A stretch of DNA of 64,000 nt from Promethearchaeota archaeon (GTDB lineage: Archaea > Asgardarchaeota > Lokiarchaeia > Sigyniarchaeales > SOKP01). The notes beneath the pieces were generated by a model. The model saw only the letters and a list, made by a program, of their open reading frames with translations. It did not search any database and was not told where the DNA came from. The translations under genes were made by a program, and so were the position numbers. Positions within the stretch are counted from its first letter, which is position 1, and every line of letters starts with the position of its first letter. Shown one piece after another: positions 28,930 to 39,146 of the stretch. The stretch covers positions 93,474-157,473 of the forward strand of contig JAEOTP010000015.1 of assembly GCA_016839765.1 (NCBI GenBank). Reading direction: 5' to 3'.

Positions 28930-29943
28930 TTATAATCCCGCTGCTTTTAATTGTTCAATTATTTGTTTTTGAGTTTTATTTAATCTTTCAGGAACTTGAA
29001 TTTTTATTCTAATTAATAAATTCCCTCTTTCATTTGAATTAATTTTGAAAAATCCTTGATTTTTTAATCTTAATGTGGATGAATCGCTTGTTCCAGGAGG
29101 TACTGTTACATTTAACGTTTTTTCAATACCAGGAACTTGAATTTTCCCTCCCAAACTTGCAACTGAGAAAGGAATTTTATGTTCTATAGAAAGGTCATCA
29201 CCTCTTCTTTCAAAAAGAGAGTGATTCTTTATGTGAACTGCAATATACAAATCTCCAGGAAAACCTCCATTTTCTCCTGGCATTCCCTTTCCCTTTAATC
29301 GTAATTTTTGGTCATCCCTAATACCTTTAGGTATATTAACTGTTAAGTTCTTCATTTGACCAGATAATGGATCTTTATATTGAATCTTCTTTTTTCCACC
29401 ATAGAACGCATCCATAAAATCAATCTCCATATCATATCGTAAATCATCTCCTTCTCTTGGATAATTATATGATGGGGAACGAGCTCTCGTACTACCAGTG
29501 CCTCTTTTCGTAAAAACATCAAAAATATCTCCCAAATCGTTGAAAAAATCAGAACCTCCAAATCCCCCTCTTGAAGTTTTATTATTTCCAAAAATTTCAC
29601 TAAAATTAAATCCTCCTGGGTTACCAGCGGTTGAATAGTAATACGTTGTACTTCCATTTGGACTTCTATTTGTTCTTCCGCTCCCAGGAAACCCCTGCGC
29701 CCATTGTTGATATGTTGATGGATCCCCATCTACTACGCCAAATTTATCATACATTTCTCTCTTTTTATCATCACTTAAAATACTATAAGCCTCGTTTATT
29801 TCTTTAAAAGTTTCACCTGATTTTAGTTCATCTGGATTTACATCTGGGTGATATTTCCGAGCCATTTTTCGAAATGCTCTTTTTATTTCTTCTTTTGTAG
29901 CATTTTTTGGGATCCCTAAAATTTTATAATAATCTTTAGCCAT
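28930..29943 (-). CDS. dnaJ: J-domain co-chaperone, class B (CbpA-like; no Zn-finger domain)
   Basis: J domain [34 protein letters not shown]-rich linker and C-terminal substrate-binding domains. No CxxCxGxG repeats anywhere in the 337 aa. Confidence 0.85.
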   Translation of the reverse strand: MAKDYYKILGIPKNATKEEIKRAFRKMARKYHPDVNPDELKSGETFKEINEAYSILSDDKKREMYDKFGVVDGDPSTYQQWAQGFPGSGRTNRSPNGSTTYYYSTAGNPGGFNFSEIFGNNKTSRGGFGGSDFFNDLGDIFDVFTKRGTGSTRARSPSYNYPREGDDLRYDMEIDFMDAFYGGKKKIQYKDPLSGQMKNLTVNIPKGIRDDQKLRLKGKGMPGENGGFPGDLYIAVHIKNHSLFERRGDDLSIEHKIPFSVASLGGKIQVPGIEKTLNVTVPPGTSDSSTLRLKNQGFFKINSNERGNLLIRIKIQVPERLNKTQKQIIEQLKAAGL

Positions 29944-30023
29944 TTTTAACCCCTTTATTTAATAATTATCATAATAATCGTGAATTAATATAAAATAAAA
30001 AAATAAAATTAAAAAAAATGGAA

Positions 30024-31910
30024 TTATTCATATTCTGCATCTACAACGTTATCTTGACCAGTAGCACGTCTAAATTGCTCTTCTTCAATTTCATCTTGAG
30101 ATTTTCCTTGATGTTTTGGACTTGTTCCACCCATACCTCCAGGTGGGACTCCCTGATGTGCAGTTTGCTGTTGTCCATAAATCCGAGCTGAAACTTCATG
30201 TAATGAACTTTGCAAAGCTTCTGTTGCGCTTTTAATCCTGGAGACATCATCTGATTCCATAGCACTTCGCAAATCTGAAATTTTCTCGAGAATCCTTGAT
30301 TTCAAATCTCCGATTACAGCCTCGTTTTCTTTAATAAGTTTCTCCGTTTGATATATCAGAGCTTCTGCTTGGTTTTTAGCTTCTGTTAGTTCTTTGAACT
30401 TCCTATCTTCTTCAGCATTTCGCTCCGCTTCTCTTACTTTTTGTTCGATATCATCTTCAGACATTTTTGTTGAGGCTGTAATAGTTATACTTTGACTTTT
30501 TCCCGTTCCTTTATCTTTTGCAGATACATTTAAGATACCATTTTGATCTATATCAAAAGTAACTTCGATTTGAGGCATGCCCCTTGGTGCTGGAGGAATA
30601 CCGGTCAAATGAAACTTACCTAATGTTATGTTATCTGCAGCTCTAGGTCTCTCTCCCTGTAAGACATGAATTTCTACTGCAGGTTGATTATCAGCAGCTG
30701 TACTAAAAATTTCAGTTTTTTTAGTTGGAATGGTAGTATTTCTTTCAATCAATTTAGTAAAAACTCCTCCTAATGTTTCAACTCCTAATGATAATGGAGT
30801 AACATCTAAAAGTAGCAAATCTTTGACTTCACCAGTTAAAACTCCACCCTGAATTGAAGCACCAATAGCAACACATTCCATAGGATCGATACTTCTTTCC
30901 GGTTTTCTACCTAAGAATTTCTCAAACTTCTCTTGAATACTTGGCATTCTTGTGGGTCCACCTACTAATATTACTTTATCAACTTCACCTTTCTTCAGAT
31001 TTGCATCGTCCAGAGCTTTAATAATTGGAGCCTCTAATCTTTTCAAAACAGTTTCAATCAATTGTTCTAATTTTGCTCTTGTAATTGACATATTAAGATG
31101 TTTAGGCCCTGAATCTGTGGCTGTAATGTATGGTAGATTTATATCAGTTGTAATTGAAGTTGATAACTCAATTTTAGCTTGTTCCGCAGCTTCTCGTATT
31201 CTTTGCATTGCCATTGAATCTTTTCTCAACTCAATACCTTCTTTAGCTTTAAACTCATCAATTATGTAGTCAACAAGAATTCTATCCATGTCTGTGCCAC
31301 CAAGTTGAGTATCTCCAGCCGTGGAAATAACTTCGAATACTTGATTATCCATTTCCATTATAGTGACATCAAAAGTACCGCCACCAAGATCTAAAACAGC
31401 AATTTTTAGCCGAGCGTCTTTCTTATCTAATCCATAAGCGACGGCGGCGGCAGTAGGTTCGTTGATTAAACGCTTAACGTTCAATCCCGCGATCCTTCCC
31501 GCATCTTTCGTAGCTTGTCTTTGATTATCATTAAAGTAAGCTGGAACAGTAATTATTGCCTCAGTAACTTCTTCACCTAGGTAAGCGCTAGCATCCTCTT
31601 TGATCTTTCTTAAAATCATTGCTGAAATTTCTTGTGGTGTATAATCCTTTCTATCAATTGTTACCTTGTAAGAAGTGCCCATTTTACGTTTAATAGCTGT
31701 TATAGTGCGATCTGGATTTGAAATAGCTTGTCTTCGTGCGGGTTCACCAACTAATCTCTGTCCATCTTTCGTAAATGCTACAACTGAGGGAAATGCCTTA
31801 CCTCCTAATGTATTACCTTCTGCACTAGGAATAATGGTTGGTTTACCACCAATCAATACGGCAGCAGCAGAATTTGAAGTTCCTAAATCGATACCAATTA
31901 TTTTTCCCAT
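30024..31910 (-). CDS. dnaK: Hsp70 chaperone DnaK
   Basis: [29 protein letters not shown] and the rest of the canonical Hsp70 signatures across 628 aa. Confidence 0.95.
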   Translation of the reverse strand: MGKIIGIDLGTSNSAAAVLIGGKPTIIPSAEGNTLGGKAFPSVVAFTKDGQRLVGEPARRQAISNPDRTITAIKRKMGTSYKVTIDRKDYTPQEISAMILRKIKEDASAYLGEEVTEAIITVPAYFNDNQRQATKDAGRIAGLNVKRLINEPTAAAVAYGLDKKDARLKIAVLDLGGGTFDVTIMEMDNQVFEVISTAGDTQLGGTDMDRILVDYIIDEFKAKEGIELRKDSMAMQRIREAAEQAKIELSTSITTDINLPYITATDSGPKHLNMSITRAKLEQLIETVLKRLEAPIIKALDDANLKKGEVDKVILVGGPTRMPSIQEKFEKFLGRKPERSIDPMECVAIGASIQGGVLTGEVKDLLLLDVTPLSLGVETLGGVFTKLIERNTTIPTKKTEIFSTAADNQPAVEIHVLQGERPRAADNITLGKFHLTGIPPAPRGMPQIEVTFDIDQNGILNVSAKDKGTGKSQSITITASTKMSEDDIEQKVREAERNAEEDRKFKELTEAKNQAEALIYQTEKLIKENEAVIGDLKSRILEKISDLRSAMESDDVSRIKSATEALQSSLHEVSARIYGQQQTAHQGVPPGGMGGTSPKHQGKSQDEIEEEQFRRATGQDNVVDAEYE

Positions 31911-31940
31911 ATTTCTTCACTTTTTTCTTTTTTTTCGTTT

Positions 31941-32624
31941 TTAATTTTTTATATTAAATTTTAATTTTGATACTTTAACCCCTGCGGGTTTCAATATAGC
32001 GTTATTAAAATAATAACCTTTATCTAATTCTTCAATAATAGTATTTTCAGGGAGATTGTCGTTCGCTTCAACCATAAGAGCTTCATGTTTATAAGGATCA
32101 AATTTTTGTCCTTCACATTTCATCTCTCTTACTCCCTCTACTTCGAGAAATTTTTCAAAGTTCTTCATAATCATCTCAAACCCTTTTTTTACTTGCTCAC
32201 TATTTTCTAAGGTTTCTAAGATTTTTAATGCCCGTTGTAAATCTTCATAATGTTTAATCAATTTTTTTAGTATTTCTTCCTTTATTCTCATCTTGTACCT
32301 TTCATTTTCACGATGATTTGATTTCTTATAATTTTCGAAATCAGCTTGTACTCTTACGAGTGAATTTAAATATTTTTCTGTCTTCTCCTCTAAATCTTTA
32401 AGCTTTCTACCATCATCTCTCATTTCCTCAAGTTGTCTGTGTAATTCTGATTTTTTAGCTTCGATGTCTTTAAATTTCTTAACTAAAGTCCCATATTTTT
32501 CAGCAATTTCTCTCAATTGCCTATATTGGTTTTTAGATATTGTAATCTTGCTATAAGGGTCCTCTAATGACCTCCGAGCATTGGAAAATTCATCATAAAA
32601 GTCTTCAAATACCATTTTTTTCAA
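31941..32624 (-). CDS. grpE: Nucleotide exchange factor GrpE
   Basis: Long N-terminal coiled coil, RVQADFENYKKS (GrpE R-x-x-A-[DE]-F-x-N-[YF]-[RK]-K-R-like) and a C-terminal beta domain (FDPYKHEAL). TTG at 32624; alternative ATG at 32615. Confidence 0.85.
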   Translation of the reverse strand: MKKMVFEDFYDEFSNARRSLEDPYSKITISKNQYRQLREIAEKYGTLVKKFKDIEAKKSELHRQLEEMRDDGRKLKDLEEKTEKYLNSLVRVQADFENYKKSNHRENERYKMRIKEEILKKLIKHYEDLQRALKILETLENSEQVKKGFEMIMKNFEKFLEVEGVREMKCEGQKFDPYKHEALMVEANDNLPENTIIEELDKGYYFNNAILKPAGVKVSKLKFNIKN

Positions 32625-32631
32625 TTTATTT

Positions 32632-32670
32632 TTGTCAATTAACTTTTATTGTCAATTCATGGTTGACAAT
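32632..32670. promoter_or_regulatory. Candidate operator: three TTGTCAA/TTGACAA boxes, including an 8-bp perfect inverted repeat
   Basis: TTGTCAA at 32632-32638 and 32649-32655; TTGACAA at 32663-32669. ATTGTCAA (32648-32655) and TTGACAAT (32663-32670) form a perfect inverted repeat with a 7-nt spacer. The boxes lie between the putative TATA box and the grpE start. Confidence 0.4.
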
Positions 32671-32689
32671 TAATGTATGTTGAAATAAG

Positions 32690-32704
32690 TATTTAAAGGT
32701 TTCG
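32690..32704 (-). promoter_or_regulatory. Putative BRE/TATA promoter of the grpE-dnaK-dnaJ-clpB operon
   Basis: Minus strand reads CGAAACC-TTTAAATA (purine-rich BRE-like element plus consensus archaeal TATA TTTAWATA), about 66 nt upstream of the grpE TTG. Confidence 0.4.
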
Positions 32705-33015
32705 ATTTTAAAAAATAATGCGTAAAAAGTTGCTTTTTGATTAAGATTAATACGTTTTTGAATATATCTTAAAAGATATTATTTAAAATTTTAAAATGTA
32801 TTTTATATATTAAAATTAATAAACTTTTAATCGATTAATGTTTTCAATTAAACAGTAAGAAAAACGAAGTAGTTTGATTCCTCTTTTTGATTATTATTTT
32901 GGAATTATAATTTATGGTAAAAATATAATAGAACTTTTAAGTTTTTACAATTTTTATAGATTTAATAATATAGTTATATAATATAAGATAATGATTAGGA
33001 AAAAAGAGAAGAAAA

Positions 33016-33186
33016 ATGAAGGTTAAATGGAAAACATTTAGGAAATCATATCCATATATTTGTACTAATTGCGGAGAGTTTTCTAATATGGAAAGAGAAT
33101 ATTGTGAAAACTGCGGTCAAAAAGATTGTCTTAGGGATACCAATAAAGAAGATTATGAGAAGCATCTAGGGATAATAAAAGAGTAA
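33016..33186 (+). CDS. Small (56 aa) zinc-ribbon protein, below the ORF-track length cut-off
   Basis: Own translation: MKVKWKTFRKSYPYICTNCGEFSNMEREYCENCGQKDCLRDTNKEDYEKHLGIIKE*. Two CxxC pairs. AGGAAAAAAGAGAAG purine tract upstream. Confidence 0.35.
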   Translation: MKVKWKTFRKSYPYICTNCGEFSNMEREYCENCGQKDCLRDTNKEDYEKHLGIIKE

Positions 33187-33422
33187 ATCATTAAAACTAT
33201 GAATATGATTATAATTTACTTCTAATTTATATTTTTATGGAAATCTTTTTGTCAATTTCAGGTCTATGTTTTTTTTTCCCACGAATTTTAGAAAAACGCT
33301 TATATCTTCAGTTCTACTAATTGGTGGATAAAAGTTATCCCAATGTATAAGAATCACTTTTTTAGAAAATAAAAATTATTATTAGTAATTGGTGAAATTA
33401 TAATAGTCTTGTATACTTTCGT

Positions 33423-34256
33423 TTAATCAACCCAAAAATGTCTCGCTAAACTTCTTCTTTTTTCCCATAATTCATTTTTTTTAGAGAAAGCTATAATCCC
33501 TAACCCTTGATCTGCATCTTTTATTTTCCACATACCGCTTACAGCACCAGTAAGACCTGCTGATAAAACTTCAAATCCTTGAGCAGTATAAAGATCACAC
33601 TCAACTCCACGGTTTATTATGAACTTTAATTGTCTTAAACCCTGTTGATTTTTAGATTTAAGCACTTCTAGTAATTTATTTACTTCAGCATCAATTTTAT
33701 CATTTGGAACTATTCGATTCCAGAGATTCCATTCTACAGCACATTTTGCAGTATGTAAAGCACCAATAAGGTTTATTTCTTTTGCTCTACGTCTTCCGAT
33801 TAAACGTGCAAGTCTAGTAGTGCCACCCCAACCTGGAGTGATTCCTACATCTACCTCAGGCATTCCCCATTTAGCTCGCTCTGTGGCAATAACAAAATCA
33901 CATGCCATAGTTATTTCTAAACCACCGCCAACAGCATATCCATCTACAGCAGCAATTGTTATTTTATCTAATTCTTCAAGTTGGTTGGCCATATTTTGAT
34001 AATACCTAGCTCTTCTAGTAATATCGTTCGCATCACCCCAGTTTATCATTTCAGTAATGTCATCACCTACACAGAAATTATTTCCAGCTCCTTTAATCAC
34101 TAAAAATTTTATTTTGGTAGATTGTCGTACTAATTCTATTGCGCTTACAATTTCGTCAGAAAGTTTCATACTTAAGGCATTTAAAACTTTAGGGCGATTT
34201 AGGGTTATATATGCTACTTGTTCTTTTTCTTCATAAATTAATTGTTCAAAATTCAT
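33423..34256 (-). CDS. Enoyl-CoA hydratase/isomerase (crotonase) family protein
   Basis: ITLNRPKVLNAL, FCVGDDI, AAVDGYAVGGGLEITMACDF, and the oxyanion-hole/catalytic region GMPEVDVGITPGWGGT. Confidence 0.85.
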   Translation of the reverse strand: MNFEQLIYEEKEQVAYITLNRPKVLNALSMKLSDEIVSAIELVRQSTKIKFLVIKGAGNNFCVGDDITEMINWGDANDITRRARYYQNMANQLEELDKITIAAVDGYAVGGGLEITMACDFVIATERAKWGMPEVDVGITPGWGGTTRLARLIGRRRAKEINLIGALHTAKCAVEWNLWNRIVPNDKIDAEVNKLLEVLKSKNQQGLRQLKFIINRGVECDLYTAQGFEVLSAGLTGAVSGMWKIKDADQGLGIIAFSKKNELWEKRRSLARHFWVD

Positions 34257-34342
34257 GAAATAAAATTGAATTCATATAAATATAAGCCTTTCTTTATTCA
34301 GAACAATTATAGTTAAAAAAAAAAAGTTTTAAAAAAAGTTTA

Positions 34343-34792
34343 CTATTCTTTTTTCCAATTATACTTCTTTGGACCAGCAAACAATAGCAAGAATGCTGGA
34401 ACTAAAATAAGTATACCTGCCCATCCCCACATACCAAATATAGTGATAATAACGCCCCAAACTAACATCCATGGCATTCTAAGTTTCCCAAGATTTAGTA
34501 CCCAATCATATAAAGCATCCCAATCTTTCGCAGCACATTTGTTTGAAAACTTTGGTTTTATGATTGCAACTGCTATAATGATTATTACTACTCCCCAAAT
34601 CATACTCCAAACTGGGAAAAATAGTGGCCTCCGAAGATATGATGGCATGGTCGCATTCCATGCTATATTAACAAATAAAACCCATGTATAATAACTCACA
34701 TCTATTATTCCGTTTATAAGTACAACAATCCACGCCCATTTACCCATACCAGAGGCAAGTGATTCATGTTTCCAACCAGTTGATTCTCCCAT
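34343..34792 (-). CDS. Small W-rich membrane protein (4 TM), unknown function
   Basis: 149 aa with four hydrophobic helices. Confidence 0.55.
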   Translation of the reverse strand: MGESTGWKHESLASGMGKWAWIVVLINGIIDVSYYTWVLFVNIAWNATMPSYLRRPLFFPVWSMIWGVVIIIIAVAIIKPKFSNKCAAKDWDALYDWVLNLGKLRMPWMLVWGVIITIFGMWGWAGILILVPAFLLLFAGPKKYNWKKE

Positions 34793-34968
34793 ATCTCTTA
34801 TTACCTCAATCCTTCATTTTCGATTTTAAATTAATTTTATATAATATTTAGGTTTTTTATATTTTAAATTTTCACTTATACTTAAAGTGTTAATTTATTT
34901 GGGAGAAAAAGTATAATACGTCAATGAAATCAAATAAAAGGAATTATAAATAGAATTATGTAATGTTT

Positions 34969-36435
34969 TTAATCTGAGTTTGGTTCAAGAATTTCTCCTA
35001 TATAATAAAGACCTACTAAATTTCCCCTCTTTTGAAATTTTCTTGAAACTAATAAGATAATGACATGTTCATTTTCGTCTAAGTTTCCAGTTTCAACTCC
35101 ATACTTAACAGATTGTTCTATTAAGCTTTCTACATCTAAATTGAAGAAATCTATATTTTCAATATGGATTGGTTGGACTCCCCACACTAAATGTAATTCT
35201 CTAGCAGTTTTTATAAATGGTGTCATAGCGATTATCGGTAATGGTGGACGGAATTTTGAAATCATACGTGCACCATAACCTTGTCGAGTTATCACTAAGA
35301 TTTTTCCTCGAAAATTTAATTCTTCCATTTCTTTAGCTAAGGCATGGATTGCATGGCCAAGAGTTTGAGTATGCGTTAATCGATCAGAGTCATAATCATC
35401 TGGTGATCTTAAAGGAGTATGTTGGCTAGCTGTAGTAGCGATTTTATTCATATATTCGACAGAGTTTATAGGAAACTTACCAACAGCAGTCTCAGCAGAG
35501 AGCATTACCGCATCAGTTCCATCTATTACAGCATTAAATATGTCATTAGCCTCCGCGCGAGTTGGAACAGGAGTGTTTGTCATCGATTCTAACATTTGTG
35601 TAGCTACAATAACAGGCTTTCCCTCTTTATTACACTTATAAATAAGCTCTTTTTGTTTAACAGGGACTTGATCTGGAGATATTTCTACTCCTAGATCTCC
35701 TCTAGCTACCATTATTCCATCAGAAACTTCTAAGATTTGATCAAAATTATCTAATGCAATTGATCGTTCAATTTTTGAAATTAATTTTATTTTATTATTA
35801 CCATAATTTTCAAGAAGTTTCTTTACTGTTAGTACATCATCTCCTCCAGAAACAAAAGAAATTGCCACAAATTCAGGATTTAGTTGAGAAATAAATTCAA
35901 GATCTTTTATATCCTTTTCAGTGGGAACTCTCATTTCTAATTCACCACGGGGTATATTTACTCCTTTATTGTTACTTATTAACCCACCTGCAATTATTTC
36001 ACCTATGAAATGATCCTTTTCTTTACTTTTTACTTTGATCTTAATAATCCCATCATTAACATAAAAAAAGTCTCCTTTCTTCATGGATTTTAGAAATCCG
36101 ACTAAGGGCACGGAAAACTGAGTTTGGTCTCCTCCACCATCTATTTCGTTCTCATAAATTTTTACTTCTTGACCTACATTTAAATTATATGCCTCATCAT
36201 TTTTGAATTTGCCAACCCTTATTTTTGGTCCTTGAATATCTGCTAAAATTCCCATATAATTATCAATTTCCCTAATTCTTTCAACTAATTCTCTTTTTTC
36301 ATCATGTGTTCCATGAGAAAAATTTAATCTGAATATATCTACACCAGCGTCTATTAAACTTTTAATCATATTTTTGGAATTTGAAGCTGGACCTAAAGTA
36401 GCTATTATTTTAATAGTATTTTCACGAAAAGACAT
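34969..36435 (-). CDS. pyk: Pyruvate kinase
   Basis: TKIIATLGPAS, NFSHG, ISKIE, MVARGDLGVEI and ATQMLESM motifs, plus a C-terminal regulatory domain. Confidence 0.9.
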   Translation of the reverse strand: MSFRENTIKIIATLGPASNSKNMIKSLIDAGVDIFRLNFSHGTHDEKRELVERIREIDNYMGILADIQGPKIRVGKFKNDEAYNLNVGQEVKIYENEIDGGGDQTQFSVPLVGFLKSMKKGDFFYVNDGIIKIKVKSKEKDHFIGEIIAGGLISNNKGVNIPRGELEMRVPTEKDIKDLEFISQLNPEFVAISFVSGGDDVLTVKKLLENYGNNKIKLISKIERSIALDNFDQILEVSDGIMVARGDLGVEISPDQVPVKQKELIYKCNKEGKPVIVATQMLESMTNTPVPTRAEANDIFNAVIDGTDAVMLSAETAVGKFPINSVEYMNKIATTASQHTPLRSPDDYDSDRLTHTQTLGHAIHALAKEMEELNFRGKILVITRQGYGARMISKFRPPLPIIAMTPFIKTARELHLVWGVQPIHIENIDFFNLDVESLIEQSVKYGVETGNLDENEHVIILLVSRKFQKRGNLVGLYYIGEILEPNSD

Positions 36436-36482
36436 CTAAATCAATTTAATATTATTTCTTTTTTCTTTAAAAATTATTTATT

Positions 36483-36956
36483 TTATATTAGATTTTTTAT
36501 TTTATCTAATTTTTTTTTAAAGTTTATCCTTAAATCTTTCAAGATTTTAACTGATTTCAAAAAATCTTCCTTATCTCGAATTTCTTTCAAGGATAATAAA
36601 CTTATTCTAAAGTTTTTAGGATAGATTGAGAATTGAATTAATTTTATATTACTAATCTCTTTTATTGGCTCTTTCGCAATTGATACTAAAAAATCAGAGC
36701 TTTGAGATGCTAAAATTATTGCTAGAAAATGTCTAAATTTTGGTTCGTTGTTATAATTTTTGACTTTAATAAGATAGTAGTTTTTAAATTCTTCTTTCAT
36801 TTCATAAAAATTTTTAATTTTTAAAATTCTTGGAGTTCCTTCTACGATTTCTGAAATAGAGGGATATCTACCTTTTAATTCCATAGCTTTTTTAATTATT
36901 TCAGTTTTAAGAAATGATTCCAAAGATTCTCTACTAGTTGATGTCATGTCTTTCAA
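36483..36956 (-). CDS. Hypothetical protein
   Basis: 157-aa ORF between aor and pyk, same strand. No family recognised. Confidence 0.45.
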   Translation of the reverse strand: MKDMTSTSRESLESFLKTEIIKKAMELKGRYPSISEIVEGTPRILKIKNFYEMKEEFKNYYLIKVKNYNNEPKFRHFLAIILASQSSDFLVSIAKEPIKEISNIKLIQFSIYPKNFRISLLSLKEIRDKEDFLKSVKILKDLRINFKKKLDKIKNLI

Positions 36957-37014
36957 GTTAATTTAACTCTATAGTTATTTTTTTAATGAATATTAATAAT
37001 AGAAAAATTAATAT

Positions 37015-38979
37015 TTAATATAAATCCTTGATAACAAAATTCAAATCAAGATCTTTTAGAGTTTTTTCCAATGGATACCCATTTTCTGGATTCCATCCCA
37101 TTTCAGTACAATATCCTTTATAGAAATCTTTATACTCAACAGATATACCTTTAGCAGGCCCTTTTTGATCAGGTGGATGTCCAGTAATTCTACCGGGCAA
37201 TTCATTTCTACTGATTTCTACACCCTCTCGTAACGTAAATGATTGCCTCAAAGTTTGAATTCTCTGTCCTATTTCAATAATATCATCCATATTGAGATTC
37301 CAACCTGTCAAAGAATTGATAAGATCCATAAATGGATATGGTCCAAATAGAGTTGAAAACATACATAAACCTGCACTGCATAAAGTTTGATGGAAACACG
37401 TTGTTAGTTTCTGGGCTTTTTGTTTAATCTTATCGCTTTTGTTCCAACCTTTCGGTAGTTTAAATGTTTTTTGGAATTTATCAATCGGGCCAATATCAAT
37501 AAAATCTACACTTGCTGCTGTATGCCTACCAGGAGTGGGATCAAAGTTATATGTAAATGCTAAGGAACGAAACGTTCTTGGATTATGCATAGCAACTTCA
37601 GAACCAAGGGATGTCATAGCATATTTTTGGCTATCCTTTCCTATTTTATTTGCTGCAATATTACAACCATCAGCTAAAAGATTACCTATTCCTTCTCGAT
37701 TAATTATTTTTTTTACTAACTCAACTATAGCTTTTGAGTTTCCCCATGTTAATTCTAAACCATTAGTATCTTCTAAGCTTAAAATACCATTTTCAAAACA
37801 TTCAATAGCAAAAGCAACTGTAGCTCCTGTTGAAATAGTATCAATTGCTGCACGGTTGCACAAATCATTAATCTCCAATATTGATATTAAGTTATCATTT
37901 AACAAAAGCGTTCCAAATGAGCAGCAGGTCTCATACTCAGGTAGAAATGTTTCTTCTAAATTTAGTTCTGGAACTTTTAAAATTGCTCCACACTGAATGG
38001 GACAACTAAAACACCCATAATCTCTAACCTTATAATCATGGATGAGAAGTGTAGAAATATTTTTTGATTTTGAGAATGGAAAATCATACATACCAATTCC
38101 AGACCAATTTTTAACAGGAGAATCGCCTGTTTCTGCAGCAAGAGTGTTTCCAATACTAGTTCCAAATTTTCGATAGATATGTCTAATCATTCCTGCAGGA
38201 CCTGAAAACTTTATTCTAAATCTCCGTATTAATTTTGCAAAATTAGGAACTTTATTTAAAACAGATTTAATCAGTTTTCCTGGTTCCTTTTTTACTCCCA
38301 TTCTATTATAATTTTTAACTAAATTCATGAAGTGCTCTTTATTATAGATATTTAAGTTCTGATTTCCTTTTAAAACAAGTGCTTTAAGGTTTTTCGATCC
38401 CATTATCGCCCCTAAACCTGATCTGGCAGCAATTCGGCCCTTATCATTTGCAATTCCAGACATTTTAGATAATTTTTCACCTGCTTGTCCTATTCCTGCT
38501 ATTTTAGCAGATTTCCCATATCTTTCTTTTAAAAGTTGTTCTGTCTTGACAAAATCTAGTCCCCACAAATCTGAAGCATCTGAAATTTCTTTATTGCCAT
38601 TAAAAATTGATATATATACTGGATTTTGTACAATTCCTTTTACCAAAATCGCATCATAACCACATTTCTTTATCTCAGGTCCAAATGTTCCACCACTATT
38701 AGCATCCCCCCAAGTTCCAGTTAAAGGAGATTTTCCTACAATCATATATCTTCCAGATAAAGGAGCGGTTGTGCTAGTAAGTATTCCTGGGAAAAATCCC
38801 AGAATTGATTCAGAGCTTAGAGGATCAATTCGAGGTTCCATATTATCATATAATATTTTACAGCCTAAACCATACCCCCCCAAATACTGATGATACAATT
38901 TATCTGGTAAGTTGACTTCTTCAAATTTACCATTTGATAAATCAAACCATAATATTTTACCAAAAAATCCGTAAGACAT
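37015..38979 (-). CDS. aor: Tungsten-type aldehyde:ferredoxin oxidoreductase family protein
   Basis: N-terminal MSYGFFGKILWFDLSNGKF...YLGGYGLG is the typical AOR start. 654 aa with pterin and 4Fe-4S ligand regions (CFSCPIQC). Confidence 0.9.
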   Translation of the reverse strand: MSYGFFGKILWFDLSNGKFEEVNLPDKLYHQYLGGYGLGCKILYDNMEPRIDPLSSESILGFFPGILTSTTAPLSGRYMIVGKSPLTGTWGDANSGGTFGPEIKKCGYDAILVKGIVQNPVYISIFNGNKEISDASDLWGLDFVKTEQLLKERYGKSAKIAGIGQAGEKLSKMSGIANDKGRIAARSGLGAIMGSKNLKALVLKGNQNLNIYNKEHFMNLVKNYNRMGVKKEPGKLIKSVLNKVPNFAKLIRRFRIKFSGPAGMIRHIYRKFGTSIGNTLAAETGDSPVKNWSGIGMYDFPFSKSKNISTLLIHDYKVRDYGCFSCPIQCGAILKVPELNLEETFLPEYETCCSFGTLLLNDNLISILEINDLCNRAAIDTISTGATVAFAIECFENGILSLEDTNGLELTWGNSKAIVELVKKIINREGIGNLLADGCNIAANKIGKDSQKYAMTSLGSEVAMHNPRTFRSLAFTYNFDPTPGRHTAASVDFIDIGPIDKFQKTFKLPKGWNKSDKIKQKAQKLTTCFHQTLCSAGLCMFSTLFGPYPFMDLINSLTGWNLNMDDIIEIGQRIQTLRQSFTLREGVEISRNELPGRITGHPPDQKGPAKGISVEYKDFYKGYCTEMGWNPENGYPLEKTLKDLDLNFVIKDLY

Positions 38980-39146
38980 CGTTTATTTTTGAATTTTATT
39001 TAGATTTTTAATTTAAAATTAAAAAATATTGGTTTAAATATTTCATAAAAAAGAAATGAAGTTAGAGAAAAAAACTTTTCATAAATTCTTAGATTTTAAG
39101 ATTGAACTAATATTAATTGAATTAAATATTATGCGATGTTATTTTT

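Noticed and set aside
29352-29729. 125-aa minus-strand ORF in an alternative frame of dnaJ
   Set aside because: It is embedded in the dnaJ coding region in another frame. DnaJ motifs clearly define the real frame.
33235-33369. Minus-strand frame reading ...KKVILIHWDNFYPPISRTEDISVFLKFVGKKNIDLKLTKRFP*, reminiscent of the C-terminal I-P-x-H-[WY]-x-x-F end of MBL-fold hydrolases. A fourth TTGTCAATT copy lies at 33249-33257
   Set aside because: The fragment has no start codon, is preceded by three stops, and the similarity is too short and generic to call a pseudogene without a translated database search. The TTGTCAATT copy lies about 600 bp from the grpE promoter and may be coincidental.
37439-37996. 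185-aa plus-strand ORF
   Set aside because: It is completely antisense to the well-supported aor gene and has no recognisable motifs. It is a shadow ORF.
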